Shown piece after piece: positions 30,275-41,406 of a DNA stretch of 64,000 nucleotides. Both the position numbers and the translations under genes were made by a program. The notes below the pieces were generated by a model. The model was not told where the DNA came from. It did no database searches and saw only the letters and a program-made list of their open reading frames with translations. The number at the start of each line of letters is the position of its first letter. The stretch's first letter is position 1. The stretch is taken from the IMG/VR virus record IMGVR_UViG_3300030329_006380, positions 64,001 through 128,000 of that record. One strand, 5' to 3'. The DNA comes from a virus.

Positions 30275-32091
30275 TATCTAACACTTCCCTTAATATTTGT
30301 AAAAAGTTTTTTGAATTCAAAGACTACATTCAGTGGAGCAGTAATATACCTCCCAGAGGGTGCTGTCTGATCCTCTACACTAAAGATTGTCTGAGAATAT
30401 CCAACGTTGGTCACTTGGTTGACTTTTACATGCGCAACATCTAATACACCCTTAACCTTTCGAAGTATATCATAAACCTTCGTTATGTAAAAAGGTTCGC
30501 CCATTTCCATAGTTTTCTGTCCTAATTTATTCACCAGTGCATTGGTGCATGATTGTAGGACCTCATATTTATTGTGATTATTCTCCGACACCACTATAAA
30601 CTCTAAACCCAGATTCACAATTTTACCATCAACAATATCTACGGCATCGTTAATCATTTTGTATTTCTGAATCCAAGTTTTTAAATTTGTCTTAAGTGCA
30701 TTATTTGGAACGGTTAAAAATCCATCGGCATCTTCGGATAAAATGTAAATATTCACGGTTCTTCTGTTACTATCATAATTTTGTATTACATTACATTTTT
30801 TAACTGCGCCGAAAGCAGCAGGCATATTATATACTATAGCACTGTAATCTGACTTGGTGACTGCGCGGTTTTGTGAAGCGAAAGTATCCATTATTCTTAT
30901 CTTCATTTCTTCAATCGTGGGTTTACTTATATCTCCAACGATCGATTCAACATTGTTACATTCAATTGAACTCTCCACGAATGTCTTGAGGGAGGAATCT
31001 AAAGCAGCCAACTCTTGCTCTTCGTAGGGAAACTCTAAAGTATATTCATTTACGTTCGCTACTGATCCCGCCTCAGCGTTAACCAATCCGGCACTATTGT
31101 GCCGATAAACTATATGCAGTGAAGTATCAACTGGGGCAATGCCAAATTTATCAGTCTCCACTATTTTAGTCGGATCAAATGTTTTATCAGTAATATAATC
31201 TCTCCCATAAAAATCAATTGCAACATTCTTCGGGTCATCAATTATATTGGTCTTCAATTCTGCTTCAGATCCATAGCCAAAAACTAATATTGTACTAGTT
31301 CTGGTATGTTCCACTGTGAACCTACGTGGGACAATTTGAGGTACCAAAACATTGGGTATGCTTACCTTACCTTCGCCAGTATTTGGAATCGCTCGATAAA
31401 TAACATTTTGAGAAAGATAATCAACCTCATAATATTCATTGCCCTCTGAATCTATAACACTGATTATCTCCGAGATATTTGCAGCCGGAATTGCTACCTT
31501 CTGGAATCTTCTAAATCCGCCGACTGCTATATCCGTGGAACTCTCCTGTCCGGATATAATTCGACCGGAAACTCTAACTGCTATAGCATTAACTCCTCCG
31601 ATAGACGCATCGTCTATTCTCGCAACAACATAATCAGCAACGGGTGAAGAAAAATCAACATCTTCAATTAAAGTAAATTGGACGCCACCGGTGGAAGATA
31701 CCTTTGATCCCTTCTTGAGGACCGGTAAATAAAATGGATCGGGGGTCAATCCATCAGTAGATGCTGGCACCAATACATAAAAATCTACAATCCCCTGTGA
31801 TACTGGGCTACCAGAGTATTTATATCCCATCTGGCGACCAATGCGCGATACATTGACGAATTCAGTTGCAGAGTCCAGATACAACTCATTAACTTGATAA
31901 TCTAAATAAAAAGATAAAATATCGCCAACATACGCTACGGTATCGATCATCAAAGAAGCAAATGATGCCTTGCTAAAATCTTTGAAAGAGTCTGAATAAT
32001 ATCGTGTAGCATAAGAGAGGAGGTCGCTTCTTATACTATCGTAATCTCGGCTAGTGTATTCGATTGGGACATATTTACGTTCTATTGGCAT
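30274..32091 (-). CDS. Baseplate wedge subunit (T4 gp6 / baseplate-J-like)
   Basis: YTSRDYDSIRSDLL...DTVAYVGDILSFYLDYQVNELYLDSA and QNRAVTKSDY; 605 aa, adjacent to the gp25-like gene. Confidence 0.88.
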   Translation of the reverse strand: MPIERKYVPIEYTSRDYDSIRSDLLSYATRYYSDSFKDFSKASFASLMIDTVAYVGDILSFYLDYQVNELYLDSATEFVNVSRIGRQMGYKYSGSPVSQGIVDFYVLVPASTDGLTPDPFYLPVLKKGSKVSSTGGVQFTLIEDVDFSSPVADYVVARIDDASIGGVNAIAVRVSGRIISGQESSTDIAVGGFRRFQKVAIPAANISEIISVIDSEGNEYYEVDYLSQNVIYRAIPNTGEGKVSIPNVLVPQIVPRRFTVEHTRTSTILVFGYGSEAELKTNIIDDPKNVAIDFYGRDYITDKTFDPTKIVETDKFGIAPVDTSLHIVYRHNSAGLVNAEAGSVANVNEYTLEFPYEEQELAALDSSLKTFVESSIECNNVESIVGDISKPTIEEMKIRIMDTFASQNRAVTKSDYSAIVYNMPAAFGAVKKCNVIQNYDSNRRTVNIYILSEDADGFLTVPNNALKTNLKTWIQKYKMINDAVDIVDGKIVNLGLEFIVVSENNHNKYEVLQSCTNALVNKLGQKTMEMGEPFYITKVYDILRKVKGVLDVAHVKVNQVTNVGYSQTIFSVEDQTAPSGRYITAPLNVVFEFKKLFTNIKGSVR

Positions 32092-32110
32092 TATACTTAC
32101 TCCTGAAAAA

Positions 32111-32118
32111 TAATTAGT
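32111..32118 (-). promoter_or_regulatory. Putative late promoter motif ACTAATTA
   Basis: Same core, overlapping the gp25 stop codon, upstream of the gp6-like RBS. Confidence 0.35.
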
Positions 32119-32491
32119 CCGTGAAGAATTTAAAATCTAATATATCGAATTCGTTTAGAGCAGGTATGAAGTAGCGAACATTCACTGTAATTCTATTGTC
32201 AGGTGAGTCGAAACCATCAATAGAAACCGTCTGCAGGCTTACTGCGGGTAAATATCGAGCTATTTGTTCTTGAATTCTTCCCTCGATTTCAATTGCAATT
32301 GCTGATGTCTTTTCTCTGAAAAGATATCTTTTTATTCCAACTCCAAAATCGGGGTCCATCATTCTTTCGCCCGGACTGGTCAATATTAACATTTTTAAAT
32401 TTTGCTTTGTTAGTTCCTTAAAGTTATTAATTAAAAGAAATCCATTTAATGAGTTCCTTGATAATGGTAATTTAACTGCTAATCCGGACAT
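32114..32491 (-). CDS. Baseplate wedge protein gp25-like (GPW/gp25 family)
   Basis: QNLKMLILTSPGERMMDPDFGVGIKRYLF...IARYLP. Confidence 0.92.
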   Translation of the reverse strand: MSGLAVKLPLSRNSLNGFLLINNFKELTKQNLKMLILTSPGERMMDPDFGVGIKRYLFREKTSAIAIEIEGRIQEQIARYLPAVSLQTVSIDGFDSPDNRITVNVRYFIPALNEFDILDFKFFTD

Positions 32492-32494
32492 TTT

Positions 32495-35400
32495 TTATCC
32501 TCCAAATGGAAAATCGTTATCTGCGCCACCAGAAAAACTATTGGGCACCGATGTCCTAGCTTTTCTACCTGCAGCGCGGGCTTCCCTCTCTTTAATTTGT
32601 TCACGTGTGCCACAACCATAGCCATCGCCCAATCTCCTAGGAAGATTTTCCTCATCGTCATCGTCAGATTTTCGATTCGGAGGTAATCTGCCCAACAAAT
32701 CTTTACAAGTCGTCCACTTACCCGTCCATGGCCAACCACTGAGCACCGAACAAAGAGGATCGACAATTGCCGCGAACCATGGTACTGACAGAATTATTTG
32801 CAACAGCTTCTTGGGCACATATGTGATAAATGCTAATAAATTAAAAGATAAGTCAGTCTGAAGTAGCTTCATCCACCATGGTAGTGGATCAAAAGCTCCA
32901 TTCTTCATCATCTCCGGTATGTCAACCCTCCACCAACCTGGCCGGCCATTTTCGTCACTAACAAAACTAGATGCCATTGCAATAAATAACTGCTTAGCAT
33001 GCAACTTTGTATCTGCGAATACATTCCTATATAGAGTTAGCCCGGAAATTTTTGACGTCGAATATATACTAAACAACGATGCGAATCTCTTAAGAGGAAA
33101 AATATAATCGGTTAACAGAGAATAATTGTGACTAGAGATTAGATCCTCAATAAGGCGATGTTTATATCCTCTTTCACCGTTCCTGCCGTTAAATAAATCT
33201 ATTGCATCGGCAGGGAGATTTGGAAAATCAAAGGAACTGCTGGACGATCTATAATTTTTCTGCAAGTTATTAATTGAGATTAAAGCTCTTCTCATTTTCC
33301 TTTCATATCGCATATTGATTCTCTCAATTGCATCATTAATTTTTTGATTAAGAGTGAGCCTAAACTCCTCATATGCGTCTGAGTCGAACACAGTCCTCGT
33401 TTCAGTAAATATAGCTTGATGATAATATTCTTCATAGCACCCGCCCGGTTCGAATAAAACACGATTACCGGAGTGATGTTCTATACGGTTGCCGCGATGT
33501 ATAAAGCGCCTAACCACATCCGGGCGGATCGCTTTGGGGTCGCCGGCTTGATCAACCGGACATCGTCGAATGAGTGCCCATGCAGGCGCCATATTGTCCG
33601 TCCATGTACTATGAAAATCTTCATCAACAGGAATCTCTGTATCTATATCGGGAAGTGAATTTAGCCAGCCCTCGGTACCAACAAGCATGGGCGTCGTTCT
33701 CCCAGTTTGAACTGTGATTGTTTTTGTAAAGGATCCCGGACCCGCAATGGATTCAACCCACGAGGTTGATTTCTCTGGTAAATATCTTTTAAAAATAGTC
33801 TTTAGTCGCGTAGTCCACGATTCCCAGCATGGTGCTGTCGTCTGTGTTTCGTATACGTTGGATGATTCCCAATAATCCTCCATGCATTGAGCCACAGGAA
33901 ACGACAACTGTCGATGATTAAAAGTAGCTGGATTGTTAGTATCGCAAGTTCCAGGAACAGTCCTCGTTTTTTTCGTCCTTGTGGTATCCACTACTACTTG
34001 TATTGGTGTGTTCCAAAAAGTTTTCAGGCCGGCCGAAGTATTTATAACTGCAAGAACTGTACTTAAAAAAGATGCATCACTAAAATGTCTGAAACCTTCG
34101 GGCCCAAAAGCACCTTCAAATTCAGGCGAGCGTACTAAATCTGCACGAAAGATTCTGGAGCTTCCAAATGGATATTCTCCGCCATCCTGTGGCAAAATCC
34201 AGAGATCTTTTTCTACCCACGGGAACCGCGAAATAAAATACTGTTGTATTTTATCTTCAATTTCTCGAATACCCCTATCCAGGGCCTGTATGGCAAGAAT
34301 AGCCGAATCATTGTCCTCGGAAAACGAATTTGTCATGTCATTATAACGCCGAAGACTTACAAAATATGACAGATTCTCCCAGTATCCCGCATCGGTAATT
34401 TTTCTAAGGATCTCAGTCATATCGCCACAAACACTCGAAGCGGGAATAATTTGCTTGCCGGCTGCATATTCACGATCAATACCAAAAATTATAGCATATA
34501 AATCATCTAAGTTGCCAGAGTGAGTAACACCAACTTTAGTATCGCCCACATATGTTGGCTCATAAGATCGCCACTGCAAGAGTTCGCCGCCGGCGGACAT
34601 AGAGTCGGTATGTATTGACAATTTTGGAAATTCAGGCGCGGTGAACCATGCATATTCTAAATCCTCACCGCCCTGTATAGAGGTAGAAAGCTGATTGATA
34701 TCTATCTTCTGGAGTTTTTCGACAACCGGTACCGATAAAAAGGCTATTTCTGATTCAGGATATCTTACTGATGCTACCTGATGGGCGAATGGGACGCCGG
34801 ACGCACTAGCATTAAAGGTTGAATAAGTCGATTCTGTCAACAGAAAAGCTTTATTCTTTCTAGAAATAATTCCTTTGGCTTCGTCCGATAACTCTTCTAG
34901 AAGAGAAAATGTTCCTTCGTTCTGCGTATCACGATCTTTAATGATGTCAATAGCTTCTTCATATGTACTAACATCAGACAGAATTTCAACAATTGATTCT
35001 TCCGAATATACGCTCTTTTGGTACTGCTTATCAACCATCATCAATCTTAATCCAAATTCCATGTTTTCAAACATGTGTTCATAATTAAAAATTGCTTTTC
35101 CGGTCTCACTATTGACCTGCCACATGGGATTAACTTTATTCCCATTTTCATCCTGAAATCCTAAGCTAGCCAACCACTCAAACCACTGTTCGATCGGAAC
35201 TATCGACTCTTTAAAATACGTATTATCTTGTTTCTTCTCAGGATTTAGGTCTAAATAAATTGATTCAGGATCCTGAGGATTGGATCTGCTTGGATTGGGA
35301 TAAGTGAGGAATCTGTTTCCGGGTGCCATCTTTTCCCATAATTGATACATCTGGTCCGATGTATAGTTTGTATCGGGTCCAAAGAAATCTTGTATATTTG

Positions 35401-38400
35401 CAGACTTAAGATCATTCCAGAAAACGGATCCATAGTCTGTCACCTTTATATACCGCTCTAAGATAAACGGCAGTGCTGTACCATCGAAAATCTCTTCGGG
35501 GAGTCGAGGAGCGGAACTCAAATTTTGTTCTTCTTTTAGGAGGGAGGGAATATCAACAACCTGTTTAACGAAATACTTGTTTACCGGATCACGTGCGATG
35601 GGATTAATATTTCTAAATCTAGGATTAATATTTCCTAAAAATAAACTATTGATATCCTCTATCTCTGATCCTATATAGCTCTCTACTTCGTGCCTCACGG
35701 TATAGAGTTGTTCGCGTGCCATGAACTCCAAATATCCCATTTTAATTTTATTAGTTTCTGGGTCTCTCTCCCATGAACTAAATTGACCCGAGGCCTCCTC
35801 GTCGCTCACAACTATACACTCGCAATCATAAGATCGGGATACCTCGTCATACCATGTAAAGAATGTTGGCGGATCAATCATAAATTGCGGAGTGTGTGGA
35901 ATTAAGCTTTCCGGGTCTAGACCGTCGCGATACATTCTTTCCGAAATCTCATTTATACTCTGTGGTGTCCAATCCGGAGAGCGAAGATCAGAGGCAGCAG
36001 TGGCGATAATCTCTTCCAGACCCTTGAAAATTTGTTCTCGGAGAGCATCTAGAGTTTGGAGTCTCTCTGGATATCTCTCAATCTCAAGTGCCGGGCCTTG
36101 AGTATAGTCTTTGTCCGGCCACCAATTCAACTCCACCTCAAGAGCATGCAAAGATTCATGATTTTCCGTCAGTCTAGGATCGAAATTATCTCTTCTCTCT
36201 CGATCATCAACAAAATCTGCCGGAAGTTCTCCATTAGAATCTCTCAAAATATCTAAATTTTGTTTATAAGCCCAGTAGACATTATACCAATTACGAAGAG
36301 CAAAATAGTATCTAGAGTGAGGAAGCATATCATCAACATCCTGAAATTTAACACTGATCCTCTCTTGATTCATAATGGGATCAAGCGTAACGATAACTTG
36401 CTGTCCTAGGAATTTATCAAAGAAATTCTCCTCGGCCTCTATTCGTCGCAGAATAGAAATTTCACACCATCTTAAAAATTCTTCATAAAAAGTTGCCTTC
36501 CAAGAAGAAACGTTTTTAATTAATAATCTTTCATGAACTCCTGCATTTTGTAAGAACTTTCGAATTTCTTTGAATCCATGGATTCTCCCACTAAGAGGAA
36601 AGCTCCCTTCTCTTGTTAAGCCATCCCGCAGATGTTTTACAGCTAATTTTAAAATAGGTTCGTCCATAACATCCTGCGAATTGAACCTAGAAAATGGGAA
36701 TATCCCACTTAAAATAAATTCTAACATGTACACTCTTATGAAGGTGTTGACAACGCCCTCAAAAACTGCCATACCAAATCTCTCTTTGTGGTCACTTATA
36801 ATCTGATCGGAATAATATCTGTCTCTCACATGCGCAGTAATTGTATCGATATTAACTAAGCTATCCTTGGGGGGTACACACGCTTTATCCCCCTTGAGCG
36901 CCAGATTTCTCAGTGCCCCGTAGCTAAAATATTTAGAATTACCAACGGCTGCAGCCATTGATTGTAAAAACTCCTGTGTCAATACATTAAAATTATCACG
37001 GAGATAGTAATCATAAAGAGGGGAAGTATCAGCCGTGAGATTAGAGACATCCACACCTACACCTGCGAACTCACGTTGCCAAGTTTTCATCATGAAGTGG
37101 GCGAAAATTTCTTGTTGTAAAGATGCGAAACCCTTAGGTTCATAATTCTTCACAACATCCATATTTAATATTTCAGGTTTTATTTTTTTCTCACCAGCAA
37201 TATTAAGTACCGGGCCGCTTAAAACATTTAAGAAATCTTGTTCATATCCAGATACCGTCGGGCCAGCTACAGACACTACTTCGCTATCTAACTGCACTTC
37301 GTAAAAATCCCTCTGCTTATCCCATTCAACACAGAAAGAAGAAAGAGGAAGAGAATAGGTCATCTTTATTTTCCCAACTATAGGTTCCATACCCATTGCT
37401 CGGGCCAAGGGGGACTGGCCCGATTCATGCTCATTTGTCGGTGTGTCTCCTGCTCCCGGAATATAATCTAATATATTATCCCCCTCGTTAAACTGCAGGT
37501 CGATAGTATCATATGCAAACGATTTAAAGGGTGCCATCTCTAGAGTAAATGCTGTGGCGGTTTTACCCTTGATATCCGCCGCGCTAAACTTGAAATTCTC
37601 CGGTGTACGTAAATCATCCTGCAAGCCTGATCCAATAATCTTTTTTCCTGTTGGTGTCGACATCTTAATTTGTGATAAAGGTCCTCCGGGAGCAGTTAAA
37701 TTACCCAACTGGAGTGGAGAATCGCTATCTGAGTCGACTAAATTCTTAATCATGTTAGAGAATCCGGCCATAGATAAATCCGGAGTAAACATATTGTTTT
37801 CTCTATCTTCTACCGCAGAGGAGACATCTAGAGAAGTGTTACCCGCTAAGATTCCATCAAGATCACTGGGTGATGAATACTTATACTCAGTCTCAATTAG
37901 AGATTCAGGAAAAGAAGTGGCATCACGGTCGAAGGCCATGGCCACTGGCAAGAAAATAGTATCGACGGTTTTGTCAACCATACTTCGAAGCTCTGGTGGG
38001 TCGCGAGGAATCAAACTATCTTCGCCTGGAGCCCCCATTATTGGTGGTATTAACTTTTTAAGGAAGTCCTGCGGGTTCTCAGATAACTGACGAGCGACAT
38101 CACTAACCGCCAAAAGGCGTTGCTGACGGCACAAGCGGACTCCCCTAAGAAGCTCAGCTATTTGATCCGAACTAGAATCTCCTGCCCGCAAACGTTCCTT
38201 AAGTTCATCGATTGGAGCGCCTTCACATATATGATCTGCGATTGGAGTATTATGAATAGAGTTTGAAAGATCAACCAGTTGATCACATATTGTAGTATCC
38301 GATAATCTTCGACCAACAATTATAAATAATTGCTGTATCTGAGTCTGGTCTCTCAAATAAGCTGTTAGTGCGGTGTGTTGACTTTGAAGCAAATCTTCCA

Positions 38401-41389
38401 ACGTATTTAGCGTTCTAGGGTCTGCTTCTCCGCGGATAAGCTGACAAAACTCTTTGGGGCTAACAACTAGAGGAACATCATCCATATATGGCCGCAGCAG
38501 ATCCATATTCATTGGATCTGAGTTGATTCCGGAGCTAATAGCTTCGGCGCTTGCGGGGTCTCCAAAAATATCAAAATTTGTCGCATTGTTCAACAATTGA
38601 TTAAATTCTTCTTGCACCTGTGGATCTGATTTGTCAAATTCGCACCGTAACAAATCATCCAAAAGTTTTTGTATGAGACCTAAGATTATATTCAATAATA
38701 TATCAATAAGAATATCAATTAGCAGGCCCACTAAATAACCAAAAATACCCTCAATAGTGAACCTAGGAATGTCAATATTTGGCAACGACAAATCTATACA
38801 CGAACACAGTAATGGAAGTGCCTTGCAAAGATCTTTACAGATTGCTTCATGAGCAAAGGCAGCGCCCTGTGCGCCTGCGCCCGGACCAAACATCGAATCC
38901 AATCCAGCGACTGCTCCTCCAATTGCCAACTCTGAGGCAACGGCTGCAGCAGGTGGCAAATATGCATCATCGCCTTGATCCAAAATTACGCCGGAGGGAG
39001 TATACTCAAAAGACATTTTATCTGATATCGACACTCCCATAGCATCGGCTGCGGCCTTTATTCCCGGCGGAGTCGGAATCGTGACTTCCCTATTGGCCAA
39101 AGTTGTATTGCGTCCCGGTGGAGACGCAGTGTGAGCCCGAACATATCTCCCTGCACGCGCGCCGGCTGGAAGTTTTTCTGTACTCTCGTTATTTTTAAGA
39201 GAGTCAATAGTTGGTCTAGTTGAATGCCACCATTCTTCTGGTGATTGTGCCGGAGGCGGAGCACCGGTCAAGTTGGCTTGTTCAATTAGGTCTTCCACTT
39301 CTCGCAATTGTTGCTGTGCGCGGTCGCCTTGGGCCTCCAGAACGCTACATGTACACTCTAACGCCTTTTTCATTATTCCGCGTACATTAATGGCATTCCA
39401 TATTTTACCCATATCTTCCCATGTTGGTGATTGATAGTCCTCCGCTGAAAAGAATTGACCGTTAGCGCCGAAGGCACCCTTACCTGCAAGCCTTTTAATA
39501 ATATCAGAAATAACCGGTTCATTAATAAACTCATAATCCGTCTTAAGGCACTGCGAAAGGCCGGGCGACATAAGTTTGATGTCCGCATCTTCCAATAATT
39601 TAAAACTAGCCTTTTTAAGCGGAGAATACTTACTTCGATAAGCTTCAGGTGGTTTAAAATCTATATATCCCTTATCATGCACTTGTTTAGCAGCATCTAT
39701 CAATGCTGTGACGGTATGGATTCCGGATGGTGCGCGGGGGTTGTCTATAGTCGTAAACAAATTAATCGGGGTATTTTTACCCGGACAAGAAGCTAGAACA
39801 AAGCCCTCTTGGTAGTTCAAGAAATCTTTTTTAAGTTTCTCCGGATCTAACAAGTTTTTAATTTGAGCCTTGGTATTTTTACCTATTTTTCCAAAATGAT
39901 CTTTGATCCCATCACTACTCCACAAATCAAAGTCGCAGCATTTTAATGGACGTAAGGGATCGGGTTTGCATGGTCCTTTATCTGAGCTAGCTAAATTTGC
40001 TACTTTATCAGGAGTAGGCATTATAAAGTCCTGAATAAAATCCTCTGCGGATACCTGATTTCTCTTGGATCTGATCACCTCAACCAAAAAATCATAATTT
40101 TCCAAAAGGACCATGGTTCTGGTCATGGAGCAGGGGGCATTTTCCCGGAAGAAATTAAAACCAACCGTCAATGGGATATTCCCTAATCCCTGATCGATCA
40201 TGACATAACTTATCTTGTGGTCCATGTCGAATCCAATTTCGATAAAATCGTTATTTTGTCGACGAAAATTAAAACCGTTTGTCCTCAAAAAATTAGCCAA
40301 AAAAGGTATAAATTCACTTAACCGCTCTGCTTCATATGCAAATGAAAAATCACCATAACCCAGTGGGCCCTTGTACATCCCTTCAACATCTCTCCATTTA
40401 GCATCTTGATGAAACTCCAAAAGATAAAAATTAATTAAATTTATATTCTCTTGCATCTCAGATGTATTGAATCTAACAGTAGTAAAGTGATTTGGTATCT
40501 TCTCTTCCAAGAAGGTGTGTAAATTTCTAGTTCGCTTTGGGATTGCATCGAAATATTTTGCAGGCACAGTAACTAAAACCTTAAGCCCGCCGCCAGGAGG
40601 CGGATCAATATGCCAAGCTGTCGCTCTAGCAAATTCATATGCATCATGCTTAAAGATGTTTTTAAAATCTTCATCTCTTACTTTGTCATAATATTCAAAA
40701 AGTGCATCAATACCCAGAGATATCGCATGATTTTTTCTAGCCTCCAGTTCCTGCTCCGAGCCTCCGGCGCCAGAATCTCTTGTCCTCACGGTAATCCAAT
40801 ATTCACATCTAGGCGCGTACAAATAAGGCTTAATTAAATTAACCCACTGAGAGGTTGTTGCGTCACAAACAGTGCCTTCTAAAGTAGAGGTTATCCTACA
40901 TGTATTGTTGGTAACCGGCAACAATCGCTTGGTCTGGGAAAGTCTTCGAATATATTTTGCCTGAATAAAAGCTTCTGTGTCTGCTAATTCCCCATTCAGT
41001 ATGCGAATTTTGTGAAATTCGGAGTTCCTACCAACATGAGTATTGGTTAATTTGACAATTGTACCAACATGAGCGTTTTGACCGGTGGCCTGCGATAAAT
41101 AATAAGAGTTAACTCTGGCCAATAAGTTGCTTCCGTCAATCAAAACTGCGGGACTGGTGAACACCGGTGGGCACCAAGATCCCTCCACTTTATCTCTCCC
41201 AGTGAAAACAAAATGGGAAGCCTCGGGATATCTTATTGCAGCGGTGTCCGCGGAGCCCAATATTGTCATATATCGCTGAAAATCTTCCTCTTCATTAATG
41301 GACTCTATTTCTTCTATGTAAGAATTCCGGGATGATAGATACTGTATTCGAGCTAGTTGTTGTTTTCTTTCAAAAATTGAATCAGACAT
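32495..41389 (-). CDS. Very large hypothetical protein (2964 aa), probably a virion component
   Basis: Uninterrupted ORF between the spike-like and gp25-like genes. Possible SH3-like stretch near the N-terminus, an amphipathic helix, and many Cys. Confidence 0.5.
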   Translation of the reverse strand: MSDSIFERKQQLARIQYLSSRNSYIEEIESINEEEDFQRYMTILGSADTAAIRYPEASHFVFTGRDKVEGSWCPPVFTSPAVLIDGSNLLARVNSYYLSQATGQNAHVGTIVKLTNTHVGRNSEFHKIRILNGELADTEAFIQAKYIRRLSQTKRLLPVTNNTCRITSTLEGTVCDATTSQWVNLIKPYLYAPRCEYWITVRTRDSGAGGSEQELEARKNHAISLGIDALFEYYDKVRDEDFKNIFKHDAYEFARATAWHIDPPPGGGLKVLVTVPAKYFDAIPKRTRNLHTFLEEKIPNHFTTVRFNTSEMQENINLINFYLLEFHQDAKWRDVEGMYKGPLGYGDFSFAYEAERLSEFIPFLANFLRTNGFNFRRQNNDFIEIGFDMDHKISYVMIDQGLGNIPLTVGFNFFRENAPCSMTRTMVLLENYDFLVEVIRSKRNQVSAEDFIQDFIMPTPDKVANLASSDKGPCKPDPLRPLKCCDFDLWSSDGIKDHFGKIGKNTKAQIKNLLDPEKLKKDFLNYQEGFVLASCPGKNTPINLFTTIDNPRAPSGIHTVTALIDAAKQVHDKGYIDFKPPEAYRSKYSPLKKASFKLLEDADIKLMSPGLSQCLKTDYEFINEPVISDIIKRLAGKGAFGANGQFFSAEDYQSPTWEDMGKIWNAINVRGIMKKALECTCSVLEAQGDRAQQQLREVEDLIEQANLTGAPPPAQSPEEWWHSTRPTIDSLKNNESTEKLPAGARAGRYVRAHTASPPGRNTTLANREVTIPTPPGIKAAADAMGVSISDKMSFEYTPSGVILDQGDDAYLPPAAAVASELAIGGAVAGLDSMFGPGAGAQGAAFAHEAICKDLCKALPLLCSCIDLSLPNIDIPRFTIEGIFGYLVGLLIDILIDILLNIILGLIQKLLDDLLRCEFDKSDPQVQEEFNQLLNNATNFDIFGDPASAEAISSGINSDPMNMDLLRPYMDDVPLVVSPKEFCQLIRGEADPRTLNTLEDLLQSQHTALTAYLRDQTQIQQLFIIVGRRLSDTTICDQLVDLSNSIHNTPIADHICEGAPIDELKERLRAGDSSSDQIAELLRGVRLCRQQRLLAVSDVARQLSENPQDFLKKLIPPIMGAPGEDSLIPRDPPELRSMVDKTVDTIFLPVAMAFDRDATSFPESLIETEYKYSSPSDLDGILAGNTSLDVSSAVEDRENNMFTPDLSMAGFSNMIKNLVDSDSDSPLQLGNLTAPGGPLSQIKMSTPTGKKIIGSGLQDDLRTPENFKFSAADIKGKTATAFTLEMAPFKSFAYDTIDLQFNEGDNILDYIPGAGDTPTNEHESGQSPLARAMGMEPIVGKIKMTYSLPLSSFCVEWDKQRDFYEVQLDSEVVSVAGPTVSGYEQDFLNVLSGPVLNIAGEKKIKPEILNMDVVKNYEPKGFASLQQEIFAHFMMKTWQREFAGVGVDVSNLTADTSPLYDYYLRDNFNVLTQEFLQSMAAAVGNSKYFSYGALRNLALKGDKACVPPKDSLVNIDTITAHVRDRYYSDQIISDHKERFGMAVFEGVVNTFIRVYMLEFILSGIFPFSRFNSQDVMDEPILKLAVKHLRDGLTREGSFPLSGRIHGFKEIRKFLQNAGVHERLLIKNVSSWKATFYEEFLRWCEISILRRIEAEENFFDKFLGQQVIVTLDPIMNQERISVKFQDVDDMLPHSRYYFALRNWYNVYWAYKQNLDILRDSNGELPADFVDDRERRDNFDPRLTENHESLHALEVELNWWPDKDYTQGPALEIERYPERLQTLDALREQIFKGLEEIIATAASDLRSPDWTPQSINEISERMYRDGLDPESLIPHTPQFMIDPPTFFTWYDEVSRSYDCECIVVSDEEASGQFSSWERDPETNKIKMGYLEFMAREQLYTVRHEVESYIGSEIEDINSLFLGNINPRFRNINPIARDPVNKYFVKQVVDIPSLLKEEQNLSSAPRLPEEIFDGTALPFILERYIKVTDYGSVFWNDLKSANIQDFFGPDTNYTSDQMYQLWEKMAPGNRFLTYPNPSRSNPQDPESIYLDLNPEKKQDNTYFKESIVPIEQWFEWLASLGFQDENGNKVNPMWQVNSETGKAIFNYEHMFENMEFGLRLMMVDKQYQKSVYSEESIVEILSDVSTYEEAIDIIKDRDTQNEGTFSLLEELSDEAKGIISRKNKAFLLTESTYSTFNASASGVPFAHQVASVRYPESEIAFLSVPVVEKLQKIDINQLSTSIQGGEDLEYAWFTAPEFPKLSIHTDSMSAGGELLQWRSYEPTYVGDTKVGVTHSGNLDDLYAIIFGIDREYAAGKQIIPASSVCGDMTEILRKITDAGYWENLSYFVSLRRYNDMTNSFSEDNDSAILAIQALDRGIREIEDKIQQYFISRFPWVEKDLWILPQDGGEYPFGSSRIFRADLVRSPEFEGAFGPEGFRHFSDASFLSTVLAVINTSAGLKTFWNTPIQVVVDTTRTKKTRTVPGTCDTNNPATFNHRQLSFPVAQCMEDYWESSNVYETQTTAPCWESWTTRLKTIFKRYLPEKSTSWVESIAGPGSFTKTITVQTGRTTPMLVGTEGWLNSLPDIDTEIPVDEDFHSTWTDNMAPAWALIRRCPVDQAGDPKAIRPDVVRRFIHRGNRIEHHSGNRVLFEPGGCYEEYYHQAIFTETRTVFDSDAYEEFRLTLNQKINDAIERINMRYERKMRRALISINNLQKNYRSSSSSFDFPNLPADAIDLFNGRNGERGYKHRLIEDLISSHNYSLLTDYIFPLKRFASLFSIYSTSKISGLTLYRNVFADTKLHAKQLFIAMASSFVSDENGRPGWWRVDIPEMMKNGAFDPLPWWMKLLQTDLSFNLLAFITYVPKKLLQIILSVPWFAAIVDPLCSVLSGWPWTGKWTTCKDLLGRLPPNRKSDDDDEENLPRRLGDGYGCGTREQIKEREARAAGRKARTSVPNSFSGGADNDFPFGG

Positions 41390-41406
41390 TTTTTACCTTT
41401 CGTGCA

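Noticed and set aside
37554-38090. Plus-strand ORFs up to ~190 aa (e.g. 37554..38090, 44479..45063, 33933..34346)
   Set aside because: They are antisense shadows lying wholly within long, motif-bearing minus-strand genes, with no RBS and no recognisable domains.
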